From Ptychomitrium polyphyllum (taxonomy: Eukaryota): a DNA stretch of 64,000 nt. This document shows, piece after piece, positions 27,627 through 40,401 of this stretch. Every line of letters begins with the position of its first letter. The stretch's first letter is position 1. The stretch spans positions 1,984,001 through 2,048,000 of the forward strand of contig OZ316775.1 in NCBI GenBank assembly GCA_973851085.1, written 5' to 3'. A model generated the notes under the pieces. The model did not search any database and had not been told where the DNA came from. It saw only the letters and a list, made by a program, of their open reading frames with translations. The translations under genes and the position numbers were made by a program.

Positions 27627-30600
27627 TTAATCTGACTCAAGCTCTGGATCATTGTCAACGATGGCCAGGAGAGGACCTTCGGAATCAGAGTCTGTCGTAA
27701 TTTCGACTGGATCGTTAAAGGGTGCAAACGTGTCCTCAGCAGCTGGATACAACGCCGTTGTCACAGCAAAAGTAGATGTTGGAATCAGCCTACGCTCTAA
27801 TGTTGGACACAAACCTGCATCTTGGTTGGATCCAGGGAGATTACCCATTCCTACTGCAGAAGCTTTTGCCACCGTTATATCTACACACATAGAAACGGCT
27901 TCAGCGTCTTGAGTACCAGCCATGACAGGCCGTGTATCCTGTCCTTGAGCCGAGGATTTCAGAGTGGAGGTGCCTGACGTCTGAACTCCAGTTTGCTCCT
28001 GAAAAGATCCCTCCAGAGTTACGGAGTCCTTCTCTATTGCTCCATCCATGTTATGTTGCAAAGTATGCAACGTTTCCCTTTGAACAGCGTGTGTTCTCAA
28101 ATCCATGGAACTATCAGCCAACTTCTCCTCATTTGCGTCCCAAGAAGGTGCTAACTGACCCTCACTACCGTTCAGGACTAGAGATACTCCATAACCCTGA
28201 CCTGCACCAGAATAGTCTTCAACGAAAATTCCATGAGTTTCAGGGTAAAACAAACTGTCATCATCTCCAAAATCTTCCCCATACCCCAACCATGTATCGA
28301 CTTCTGCCCATGGGTCCATTGCCAGTTGCCCAATCTTCAATGCTGAGACTGAAGCTGGAACTGCAAAGCCGTTGGCTGCGTTGGTTGCCACTCCAGCAAG
28401 CTGGGGACCAGGCGTTGGAATAGGCTTATTGGGTCTCTGCATATGCGGTACAAGAGTGGCACTTGTGGCACGCCCTGCAGACATGCCGGCTGCTACAGCA
28501 GCAGGGGTACCTGCCGGTGGTAGGCAGCGGGGGTGGATCAGGGGCTCAAGTGCTAAAAGAGCATGTGCACACACTGCAGCTACCTCTGTCCCGGCTTCTT
28601 GACGTCCTGCAAAAAATAGACAGTTAAAAACCATGACTTACTGATATTACAGGAACAACAGAAGCCGGAAGAAATAGGCTGTATTGTATGACAACTAATA
28701 AGCAGAGTTGGATTACCAGTTCGAAATACTGCAAGTCCTTGGGCCAAGTAAGGAGGACGATGACAACATGGAGATAGGAGGGAAGCCAGCAGAGCTTGAT
28801 ACGCGGCCACCTGAAAGTCTCCTGAGGAACTTGCAATGTTAGTCCCTTCCATGAAGTTGATATCTTCATCTAAAGCAAAACTAGCCGATATAGATCCAGT
28901 TGCAGCAGCCATAGCCACACTCGCTAGAACTGCGTCTACTTCTGCCCTCCAACGGTCGGGAAGCAAAGCTCCACCCTACAGCAGATAGACGGAGATTATC
29001 ACGGACTGAGACGTCGTAACTTAGTACTAAATGTTGAAACCACTTGTCTCGGGTGAAAATGATAATGATATAGATTGCATTCTACACGAAATATTACATA
29101 ACTGTCCCAAACCATAGATTATCATAGACACTTTTTTTTAAATGTCAGGACTCGATTACAAGACACAACAGTACTAGTCGATTGCAGAGCACAGAGGCAA
29201 AAACCCACGGATGTAAGAAGAGCCTCAAGTGCCTGGAGGGCAGCGATTTGGACAGCAACAGGGGCTGTTCCCTCGCCTGTACTAATTGCAGCCTCCACCA
29301 TAGCATTGCCTGTGTGTTCCCCAGGCAAGCCACCTGGTTCCTTACGTTTTTTTGAGTTGGTAGCCTGAGCGCTACTCCATCCACCAGAAGCCCAGCCAGA
29401 GTTGCTTATGCGAGGCCCACGTCCAAATTTGGGGGACAACATGTTCGCTCCAGCTGTTGAACCTTTCAGGTCCGAAAGTGCATTTCCCACAATGGCGGGT
29501 GCTAATCCAGAGGCCATACCTGCGTCTCAAGCACATACTCGAAATTGGTACTACACCCCTTGCCCAACACACTTCATGCAAAGCTAACAATTTATTAAAT
29601 TATCAATATCTCCTTCAACGCCTGTAATATTTGCATTCACAAGACTAGACAGAACCAAATGGTATCTAAGAAACGTGGATGCTGGTCAGTACCGGCTCCC
29701 ATTGCCACAAAGAGATGACGAGCGATAGAGTAAAGCTTAATGCGCAGCGTCGCATGCACCCCTCCACAACGTCGGAAGTAGTCGGTTATTAAGCGTACAA
29801 GATCAGCTGCTCGCGGTAAAAGTTGACTGTCAGACAAACAATCCACCAAATTACAAAAGTTGTGTCGATGTGACTACTTCACAATGCATAACCCTCGATC
29901 AAAGGAAGTTAGCATGGCTTTCTACTTTTTGTGAATTGAGATCAAACTCGCAGAATACGTGGGCAGAGGCACGCATGCGGCAGGTGGACAATACCTGCGA
30001 ATTCCACGCAACGTTGAGGCTACAAGATTTAGAGCAGTGAGATGCAAGGCTGGGAGTTCAGAACATAAAGCAGCTTGATGTGAAGAGGGTATCGGCGCTC
30101 CTAGTCGTGAAGCTGACGAAAACCTAGAGCCATCCACTCGTAGTATACGCATACTGAGGGCCAGTAATGGACCCAATGGAGCCGGTACCTTTTCCAATCC
30201 CAAAACAATTGAATAAGCTTACTTCTGATAGTCCCTCGACAAGGAATGGTAGCGAAGAGGATGTCTTATACAGCGAGTTTCTGCGCTAAATAAATAAAAG
30301 TTTCAACGGACTCAAAAGATAATAACATCATGCATCAAGAATGTATACATATCATCTCCGACATTCTCATTTGATAAAGCACCTTATTGAAGACCTGGGC
30401 AATTGCATGCTATGTATACTCTATCGTATCTAAAGACGGAAAATTTTGCGAGGATCGTAAAAGAGAACATACCGGTACTGGGAAAGGACTAGTCAGCAGG
30501 TAGTTGCAGCATTGTAGCAGATTAGAAACCCGGGGCACCAGCTGCTGCCAGAGACTTTTCCCTGGTTGTACACAGGCATTCAAAGGAACTGCTCGACCCC

Positions 30601-33038
30601 CAAGTGGCCAAGGTGACTCTTGCCCAGGCGGTAACAAGGATGCAATTGCGTCCTCTGCAGTGGTAACTGCAATGAAATAGTTAGGTTCGACAGATTCGTT
30701 AACGTATTCTTGCCTTTAACCTAAATGAAGCTTTGAACACGCACTAACTATTAAAACTGTCTAGGGTACAATTCGAAGAAAATAATCACCCACCATCTTC
30801 CATGCCTGCAAAAGCAAAGTCAAGTTCAGAGTTCGTCGCAATAAGAATGCGGCGCAATAGAGAGCTCCAGGTTGTGGCGTCTCCATGGACTTTAGGAAGA
30901 AGCGCCAATGCTCTTGCGCATTTCTGGAAAACACAATTTCGGACGATTAATCTTTGATTACCTGCCCTCTTGCTATAAAAAATAGAGTGCCATCTTCGGA
31001 AATTCTATATTCTTTGAGGCTTTAGTTAAGTCACTAGTGACTAGTGAAGTTGTATGACCGTCCCATAGAGTATGTCCCATGGAAACTGAAGATGGAGAAA
31101 AATAAGCGACAAAGCTGTGAAGCTTGTGCATGTATGGCAAGCACGAAAGAGCTGCACTAAAATAAAATTCATACCTGAGGAATGGATGTGTAGCATTCGA
31201 CATCCATTATCCGCGCTACCAACAAAGCCTCCAACTGCATACCTCGCCGATAACCACAGGTCAAGAGCATTCACTAGTCACTTGGCAGAATGGCAAAAAA
31301 TGTGGAAATATATGATAGGATGTCATTTTCTGCATATGGAGTATTCACATATTGCAAAAGATAAATTGTGTGTGCATACACTGCTGGACTGTTGACGCAG
31401 GCAGGCTGGAAAATATCGTAACAAAGCCGACAGCAGGTCCATCGCCTCGTTCTGCACACCGAGCCACCTAAGATTTACCACAAAAAAAAAACATGATCTC
31501 CAACTAACTAGTCTACATAAAATATGATGAAATGAAAGATGCGAAGAAAACACACAAGCAGGAATTAAATGGAAGCAGAATCAGGTTGGCAAATGAGTTG
31601 AGTCTGATAATGCAGCAAACTACCCCAAAGTGTAAGCCACCCTGGGTACAAACCCAAATGCCACATGAGTCTCTGTCACCAAGTATCTGCAGCAGGGGTT
31701 GCACCAACTTGGAGATGAGGTTGACGCCATCTCGTCGCACGCCTGCAAACTCAATCAGGCCTCCCAATCTGCAACAGGTTGCGAGCAGGCTACGTCATCA
31801 ATGTGGTCTTACTTGAGCCATATTATTCTCCTGTCTCAGGATCTGATTTAGTGGAAAACCTCAAATAGTCCTGTTACTGGTGTTCAGGTTTTAGTATACT
31901 AGACTTTATCCTATTAGGTGTGCAACAAATTGATCATACCTGGCAATGAGGTCAGTTAAAGAAGCGCAGGCAGCTGCTCTCACAAAGATAGGATCTGTCG
32001 GTTGCTGCATTTCGAGATCATTATCCAGCTTGTGAAGTGAGCGACTCTCACAACGAATTTAAGATGAACGGAGAGCAGTGAGGTACTATTATGCATTTTA
32101 AGTATAGTACTTTACATCAACTCAAGATGTGATCCAAACGGGTTCCCACACTTTCGAAGCCAATCGCACAAGCATGGAGCATAATTCTCTCGAGGACACA
32201 CCTTGAGAGGTAGCAACAACTTCGTGAACCACAAACTGTAACATTCCAAGAAGCGTTGCCGAGTGCACTCTTGACAGGTCACGCCAAGGAGACATGCCCC
32301 TGCCCACCTGTTCTCCGCCTGCGTCCCGCATAACAAAGAAAAACGCCTCAAGTTCCCAGTAACTGCATCAGTTCTAAATGACCTAATTGCGAAAGAATGT
32401 AATAGCAAATCAACTAAAATGGTGACTGAATACTCCTCATCAATTTGGATCGGGATGAGCAGCACAAATACTCTTTTGACAAGTATGTGCTTGATTTCAT
32501 TCCAAATCACAAACTCACATACCGATCCCGTAGTCAGCAGAAAAACGAGATTGGTGCAAGTGTCTCATCCTCTGCATTCTATTCAGCAATCACACCATCA
32601 CAAGAATTGCACCCACCTCGCTATAGCCGTATGCTAATTCACAGCAAAAGTCACTACCACTACAATTCAACATCCGTCACAAGACCTAAATGACAGAATT
32701 CCTCAAACTCGCTCGGAAGCTAGGGTAAAGGCAAATGTGGCAGTACATACTACAGTGCTGGAGAGTAGGTTCAGCACTTTCTCGATCCATGCGTCCACAG
32801 CTCCTTTATTGACGTCCAACGTCTTCGCTCCCTGCATGAAATGCAATCCAGGCCCCGCTACGAGCGAGCTCTCCCACAGGAGGTGATGCCGACGAAGAGA
32901 CGCTACAGCCATGGACAATTGTCCCGGCGCCCTGGTGACCTGCTTGTCATCCGGAAGATGGTTCGCCATGACGGCGTGCAACAGCCTGGGTCTCAGTCCC
33001 TGATCATGCATGCTGTGTAATGCTTCCTCAAACGCCAT
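27627..33038 (-). CDS. PELP1: PELP1/RIX1-like rRNA processing and 60S biogenesis protein (proline-, glutamic acid- and leucine-rich protein 1)
   Basis: 13 canonical GT-AG exons can be joined in frame. The N-terminus MAFEEALHSMHDQGLRPRLL and the blocks AVDAWIEKVLNLLSS..NRWAGACLLGVTCQEC..RFL..YSLWF, ELPALH..L..LRGIRSQLLPRAA, IAALQALEALLTSGG, LLASLLSP..RPPYLAQGLAVFR, CAHALLALEPLIHPR and the acidic end DSDSEGPLLAIVDNDP match plant RIX1-family proteins. Confidence 0.88.
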
Positions 33039-35987
33039 CGTCGAGCCCAAAACTACTCTTTCCTCCTCGGCCTCAGCCCTACCCTCAAACCAGCAGCTTC
33101 ATGGGCACAGAGCTCCCCTATCCGCGCCATCCAATTTCAAATGCCCCAGCAGGAGCCCCGACCCCTTACCCCTTGCCCCCACATCCTGAATTCAAATTCC
33201 TTCACCCTGACGTCAAGACGATGGAAACTGCGGCGCAACCAACCAATCTACAAAATCAAATCTTTCCTAGCAATGATGATGGCAATGATTCTAATGATGC
33301 TGTTTCTCTGCTACCCTGCCCTCCCCCACGACCAGTGCGCCACTCCGCAGTCCAAGAAGCCGAGGGCGATGATGACCAGCAGTAAAAGCAGATATGATAT
33401 TATAGGAGGGAGATGTGCGGATGGATGTAGCAGCTACAGCCATAGCCATAGCCATAGCCATGCGGAAGGTGGAGCGTTAGCCGAGACAGACGCCAAGACC
33501 GCACACACAGAGCCAGCAACCGAAGAAGGGGAATGGAACGGAAAAGAAACGACAGAGAAGCCCAAGAGCTGCTCTCTCGCAGTGCAACTGACACCCACTA
33601 TTTCCTCCCTCAACATTAATTTATTCAAATTTTTAACCTCGTAGGTAGCCCCTACTGTCAGCCCCAGCTAGGTCTAACTTATAAGTCATCATGTCAGAGA
33701 GAGCAGTCACGCTTATTTTCGTTACGTTTTCACAAGACTAACGTTACGTCCATGATGACGCCAGGATGTGAGATGTGAGTTGTCTGGATCGGCGGCTGAA
33801 TTGGGATGTGCTTTGGCAGTGATTATATGTTTACAGCCTCTGTTGATGCATGCACAGAAAGTGTCAAGTGGATACTGTTTGCTTCGTTAAACGATGTCGT
33901 CTCGCTTAATTAGTGAAGCTCAATTACGACGAGAGTGAGGCTTAGTGCATGACCTTGGTGGTTTGCAGAACGTTTTTCGCTGGCATGCAGCAGCTCTGAT
34001 CGATTTGCTGTTCAGATAGCTTTCTATATACATGGTGCTATGACTACTCAAAGAAATATTTCTTGACCAGTACGTACCTGAATGACACGATAGGATGTAG
34101 TTGGGATACTGTTGAGGCTGCGGTATCAACTTGAGTAGAGTTAGTGAAGGCGCTGTGTGCAATACTAACATGCATCGGTTTACTCTAGCTTAAAAGATGT
34201 TGCTAATGGGCCATGCAAGCTTTGAGAAGACCGGACGTTCAATAAAGGTGATTTAAAAGGATTGGTGATACGTTTGTTGAATAGTTCATTGTGTGCGTTG
34301 GGAACGTACGCAGCCTCTACTTTGCCATCAAATCTGATCAGTGGCTGGCTAGAGTCCTATCCGAGCACAGTAACATGGTGCAAGTCCAAGCCGGTGCATA
34401 ATCTGCTCACGTTTTGACACCTTCTGCCATGAAGAGCTTCTGTAGTGCAATGTGCGTGCGTTCCTGTCGACTATTATCACATCCTTTCCAAGATCACTGT
34501 CATTTAGCACACTGAAGTTGATAGTAAGCTTGACAAGCGGACAAGAGCTTCAAAGATGGAGGTTCTAATTGGTGATCAGTAGCTGCGTTTTATCTTCATT
34601 TTCTCATCCGAAATACTTCTAACTCAGGCTTGCATCTGAAGGAGTTCATTTAAAATGTGAAGGGTGATCAACATGAAGTCATACTTACAACAGTTGTACC
34701 CTGCATGTCCGTCCGAAAGTGTGCATCGGCCAAAGGAAGAGTTGTCAGATCAACTAATTCAAGTCACAGTTCGGTGATTCAGAGAATTTGGAGTACACGT
34801 GACGGGTGTTTACAAACGCATGCAAAATAAGTTAGTATTTATCACTCAAGTCTTTGACGTGGAAAGCATACGCTTGGATGAGTAGTTTGATTTTGATACT
34901 ATGACGTTAAAATAGACATTAGCGCATATTTATAAAAAGCTGATTCAAAATTGGTTCTATAACAACGATGCTTAGGATCCACGGAGCTATCTTAAAAATG
35001 AAATCATTTTCTTTACTTATTTGCCACTTCATATATCACTAAAAATCTAAGTTTAATACAAACCCTCTTGTTGTTCTCCATAGTGTTTTTTTTCATAACA
35101 AGAAATTTAAAAATTTGTAGTTAAATTTCTTGTTGTGAATCAAATTTTCGTTCACATTTTTGAAAATTAATTTCAAGTTTTTACCTAATGTCTTCATCGA
35201 AAACAAAGAAATATAACTTGTTAAAATCACAGTCTTTAGTCTATATTACAAAGGCAATACGGAATGTTAAATATAACCTAGCGTCACTGCATATATCTGT
35301 ACATTAGGAGATAATAATAGAAACAATGCATAATTCAGAAGCTGCGTATCATTTTCTACACCGTGGACTAGAAGGTGTAGATTTCAAAGGACCTACTGTA
35401 GCTTATAGTGCAGAGAATGTAATGCTTAGAATGTGGGGTCAATTAGTCATGGAAGGGACACAGCCTTTCAGATTGTTGTGGCGAGCAATTAGGAGAATTG
35501 CAGGGAAGCAACGTTCGAGAATGGCAGCCAAAGGTAGCTCCACAGATATCATGATAACGCTTTGTGATCCACCCTGTTCTTCACATTGTTTCCTCACCAA
35601 CTGGACCTTGAGCATACATATACACCGCTAAGATGTCCAGGAACACTAGTTGTATGGTGCACATTGAACTCCTTAAGATTTGTCACTAGGCGCAAATTGG
35701 AGTTTCATTCTCGATTGCCAACATATCACTGAAGGAAGGTATAGCTCGCCACAGCCGCACATGCGGACCATTTGAGCGAAAAGCTGGAAATTATTTTATA
35801 ATTAGCTGGAGGGAATAGTTTCAGTGTCTGTATGGACATGTGTGCATGGAACATGCGAATTGTCTGAGTTTGAGGTGGAGATCGCCGCATGGTCCACACT
35901 CAGCTTCAGAGCGAGTGCTGTGTAGTTCTGCAATGAAGAATATTGAAGATTGTACAACAACACCAAGATTACTATTCCCATCCCAAA

Positions 35988-36347
35988 ATGACAAGCAGAC
36001 TCCAAGACTTCAACTCGGAATTGTGGCAGAAATGGGCCAGCATGGGCGTCATCTTTCTGGCATGTGGGGCGATGTTGTACCAAGATCATGCCTCTCCCCG
36101 GCCTCCCAAGCACAGCTGCAGCGCTCCTATTCCCCGCTCGCACAAGAAGAGCACTTCGGCCAAACGAAGCAAAGGAGCTTCTTTGGGGCATTACACCTCG
36201 AAGCTTCCTTTGACACGGTATCAGATTTATAGAATCCTGCTCGTGTCCATTGCCCTCATTCTAGTCGGAATTATTGTTTACTTTAAATCACAGAACTATG
36301 CCAGGGACTATAATGCGCAACGATACAATATGATACCTCCCTCTTAA
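35988..36347 (+). CDS. Candidate small (119 aa) membrane protein of unknown function
   Basis: Intronless ATG ORF in a caaaATG context, with a strong C-terminal transmembrane segment (ILLVSIALILVGIIVYF) and a weaker N-terminal hydrophobic stretch. An AT-rich TATA-like element lies at ~35795 and AATAAA at ~36391. No family recognised. Confidence 0.35.
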   Translation: MTSRLQDFNSELWQKWASMGVIFLACGAMLYQDHASPRPPKHSCSAPIPRSHKKSTSAKRSKGASLGHYTSKLPLTRYQIYRILLVSIALILVGIIVYFKSQNYARDYNAQRYNMIPPS

Positions 36348-37243
36348 AGTTGAAAGGACATACCCTGCACATGTTCTTTGCTGATCCTGCAATAAATGGG
36401 TGGTCCCAAACACAAGCTTCGAGACTATCACTAACCACACATTCTTAAACAATGGCCATACAATGCAGCATGGTTGATAGAACTATGAAAACCATGTTGA
36501 AAGACCGAAGGCACAGCCGAGGACCAGATCAACTGCTGCATTGGAGGACCCCTGAACTTACACAATTAACGCGATACAAGTGGAGCTGCGCGTATGTAAG
36601 ATTACTTGCATGTCATTCTAAGCTTCCATTTAAAATCCACATAGAATCATTAATTGAAGGAACTATCTAAAGGAATGTTCCGAAAACACATTAAGTTCAT
36701 TCCATTAAATTCTAATAGAAGGACTATTGAAGAAATTTGCTTAATTATGATGCACTCGTGAAATTCCAGTGGTGCTCAAGTTTGGCCCCTCTTATTTCTT
36801 ACAATTAGTCTGAGCCCAAGCTAGAATTTTGTACTGCAAATTTTAGATCAATAGTATTAATTTCAATACATGGTCCAAGTTTCTGGATATGTGAAGTTCC
36901 CCTTCCGAGCATCACTCTCTGTAGTACCAAAAAAGGATCTTGAGTGTCAGGAACCTGAACATGCGACCGGTGGTACTCAAATAATCAGTGTCCCTCAATT
37001 CTGTTTCCTTGATCAAATTACAAATCAAAGAAATATAGCAGATTCACGATGCATCTGCAAATCAACAATAACAGTATAATTTGTAGACAGCGCAACATCG
37101 CCAATCCAATATTCGTTTCGTGATCTTTGCAATTATGCAAAACTACACGTTTAATTAGAACTGATTTTATCCAGCAGCCGTAGTTCTATCAACAATATAA
37201 GTCTGCCATATTCACAAAAAGTTCCACCAGATCATTAATCGAA

Positions 37244-40005
37244 TCACTCCTTGTCAGGAACATCCTCCACTTCTTTGACAACCACGGTCTTCTTCGGAAC
37301 GACGACCGTCTCTTTCTCGAGCGTAGTGTGACTCGTGCCGTGTGGAATCACGGTGTTCTTCAAGGTGTTGAAAACGTTAATCACAGCATCCCCAGTCTTC
37401 TCAAGAACGTCGCCTGCTGAATGGCTGGCTTTTGTAGCTGAATCAACAACATTCTGCTGGGTACTGGCAAAAGTGGACATGGCCAAGTTACTAGCTTCGC
37501 CAGCCTTGATTTGGGCCTCACCCGCCGCATCAGCTGCCAAGTCCTTGGAAGCGACGGCGGTATCAGCAGTTGCATCACCCGCTTGCTGAGTGAACTCCAA
37601 CGCAGCATTCTTGGTTTGCGAAACTTTCATACCCAAGTAACTCCCAGCCTCGCCAACCTTAGCACTAGCAGCACTTCCCACCTCGGAGGCCTTGTCCTTG
37701 GCAGCAACCGCGGAATCAGCAGTCGTATCACCCACTTGCTGGGTCATGTCCAATGCAGCACCTTTCGCTTGGGAGGCTTTTTCCCCCACCGCGCTGCCGG
37801 TCTCCATGGTCTTGGTGCTTGCCACATTTCCTGCTTCAAAAGCCTTGTCTTTGACAGCACCAGCAACATCCAAAGTCGTATCCTTGACAGATGTGGCGGT
37901 ATCAACTGTATAATCCCCTATATTCTGAGTTATCTCTCCTGCAATATCTTTGGCTTCAGAAGCTTTGTCACTCAAGTAAGTGCTTGCCTCGCCAACCATG
38001 GTGCTTGCGACTTGTCCAGCTTCAGAAGTCTTGTCTTTGGCGGCACCAGCGGCATCTGAGGCCTTGTCCTTGGCAGCCACCGCGGCATCGGCAGTCGTAT
38101 CACCCACTTGCTGGGTCATGTCCAATGCAGCACCTTTCGCTTGGGAGGCTTTTTCCCCCACCGCGCTGCCGGTCTCCATGGTCTTGGTGCTTGCCACATT
38201 GCCTGCTTCAAAAGCCTTGTCTTTGGCAGCACCAGCAACATCCAAAGTCGTATCCTTGACAGATGTGGCGGTATCAACTGTATAATCCCCTATATTCTGA
38301 GTTATCTCTCCTGCAATATCTTTGGCTTCAGAAGCTTTGTCACTCAAGTAAGTGCTTGCCTCGCCAACCATGGTGCTTGCGACTTGTCCAGCTTCAGAAG
38401 TCTTGTCTTTGGCGGCACCAGCGGCATCTGAGGCCTTGTCCTTGGCAGCCACCGCGACATCGGCAGTCGTATCACCCACTTGCTGGGTCATGTCCAATGC
38501 AGCATCTTTCACTTGGGAGGCTTTTTCCCCCACTGCGCTGCCGGTCTCCATGGTCTTGGTGCTTGCGACTTGTCCAGCTTCAGAAGTCTTGTCTTTGGCG
38601 ACACCAGCGGCATCTGAGGCCTTATCCTTGGCAGCCATGGTGGCATCTGCGGTTGTGTCACCCATATTCTGAGTTGTTTCAGCTGCAACGCCTTTTGCTT
38701 GCGACACCTTGTCACCCAAGTAGTCAATAGTCTCACTAGCCTTGGTGCTTGCGATATCTCCAACTTCAGAAGCCTTGTCTTTAGCAGCCCCAGCGGTATC
38801 GGCAGTTTTGTCACCCACATTCTGAGTTGTGTTGGCTGCGGTATCCTTTGCCTCAGATGCTTTGTCACCCACATAGCTGCCAGCCTCATTAGCCGTGATG
38901 TTTGCAGCATTCCCGGTTCCAGAAGCTGTGTCTTTGGCGGCACCAGCTATATCTAAGGCTGTGTCTTTGGCAGCTCTGCTGGTCTCATTGGCCATCTCCT
39001 TTGTAGCCACGGACGTATTAACAGTCTTATCACCGACCTCCTGTGTTGTGTCCTTAGCAGCTCCTGCAGCATCTGAGGCCCTGTCCTTGGCAGCTCCGGC
39101 CGTATCTTCGGCGGCTTCTTTTGTGTCTTGAGCCCTTAATCCTACATAAGCTCCAGCTTCGCTTGCCTTCTCTTGAGCAGTTGCCGCCGTATCAACAGTC
39201 TTGTCACCGACCTCCTGTGTCATGTCCTTAGCAGCTCCTGCAGCATCCGAGGCCCTATCCGTGGCAGCTCCAGCGGCATCACCGGCCGTGTCCTTGGCAG
39301 CTCCGGCCATGTCTTCGGCGGCTTCTTTTGTGCCTTCAGCCTTTAATCCTACATAAGCTCCAGCTTCGCTTGCCTTTTCTTGAGCAGTTCCAGCTGTATC
39401 AGAAGCTTTGTCCTCTACATCTTTTGCCGTGTCTTTAGCAGCTCCAACAGTATCACTAGCCTTGTCGTTGGCTACTCCAGCGGCACTCTGCAACGATCCA
39501 CACAACGGACGTTATTATAAAACCTAGCCAAAATGAAATTCCTTTTCATTGGTCATTTCATTACTTCGATTACGATTTCGCACTTACTCTAACGACTTTC
39601 CGATCTATCCAGAATTGGATACTACATGTACTTCATGTTACAATCGATTTTCACACTGACTTTGTACTGTCGGATAACCTGCAAGCTGTATACTCTTGAA
39701 CTACGACCTTACCCTCATAGTGCCCACGATATAGCCTTGAAAGCAATCTCGAGTTTTCAGAAGACTTGTGTTCATCTATACTAATTCAACCGATTTTCTA
39801 CCTTCTCGTGACCACGTCCGTAATGATGCCCGTGATGATGAGCGTGATGGTGTCGATGCCCATGTCGGCCGTGAGGATGCTGTTCGCCATGCTTGGGATC
39901 AGGAGCGTGAGCGACGTGCAACACCTTCACTTGTCCCGCCACTGTCGGAGTGTCATGGGCAATCTTCCCTGCGGTCTCTTCCGAATTCATATTCACGTTG
40001 GACAT
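37244..40005 (-). CDS. Very long (~815 aa) late embryogenesis abundant protein, group-3/LEA_4-type 11-mer repeats, with His-rich N-terminal exon
   Basis: Exon 1 is 40005-39802 (donor AAG|GTAGAA) and exon 2 is 39487-37244 (acceptor ttgcag), joined in phase 0. The body consists of AAKDKASDAAG-type 11-mers and ends GDVLEKTGDAVINVFNTLKNTVIP, paralleling the short neighbour's ending GSILQQTGDAMTNAYNNIKDSVTP. Confidence 0.85.
37687..38566. repeat. Near-perfect 372-bp (124-codon) tandem repeat, ~2.4 copies, inside the long LEA CDS
   Basis: Units start at ~37689, ~38061 and ~38433. The opposite-strand shadow ORFs starting at 37891 and 38263 have identical N-terminal translations and are offset by exactly 372. 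Confidence 0.92.
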
Positions 40006-40203
40006 TCTAAGTACTGCACAACAATTGATGCAAAACAGAAACTAGTATGGCTTGGATATATCTCGAAGTAGCCGGTTCACATAAATTCAAGAGGCAACCT
40101 GTGTCTAAAGTTACAAAGCTAAAACCTGTGCAAGGGAAGAATGAGTAACAATCTGAATTGACTAAGAGAGTTGAGATATTCCAGATTGGAAGGCAGACCG
40201 GCA

Positions 40204-40401
40204 TTATAAGAGCAGGAGATGGGAATAGGTCACATCGCCTGCTTGCGGAAGACCACGTGGTTGGGGGTTGCAAAAAATGAGCAGCAATATGTCGAAGCAG
40301 AGAAGCAGGGCTGGTGGGGCGGAACGTGCATGGGCGCCACGCCAAATGTTAGAATTGCATGATTGGACTATGCCAAGCGCATGTCTCAGCAATTCCATGC
40401 A
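40204..40401 (-). promoter_or_regulatory. Long-LEA promoter: TATA-like box, G-box/ABRE and RY-like elements
   Basis: TATAAT (minus strand) at ~40204, CCACGTGG at 40253-40260, ACGTGCATG at 40324-40332, TGCATG at 40356-40361, CATGCA at 40396-40401. ABRE plus RY is the established ABA/ABI3 module of LEA promoters. Confidence 0.55.

Noticed and set aside
33020..33644. Plus-strand ORFs of 121 and 167 aa with a hydrophobic stretch
   Set aside because: They lie antisense to the PELP1 leader/promoter and are driven by (GAT)n and (GCCATA)n low-complexity runs; no recognisable homology.
35326..35631. 101-aa ATG ORF
   Set aside because: No recognisable motif, splice context or compositional signal; the length is compatible with chance.
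37335..39131. Numerous 70-180 aa ORFs overlapping the long LEA (and similar ones over the short LEA, Dof, peptidase and PELP1 exons)
   Set aside because: These are shadow frames of GC-rich, repetitive coding sequence with no independent protein features.
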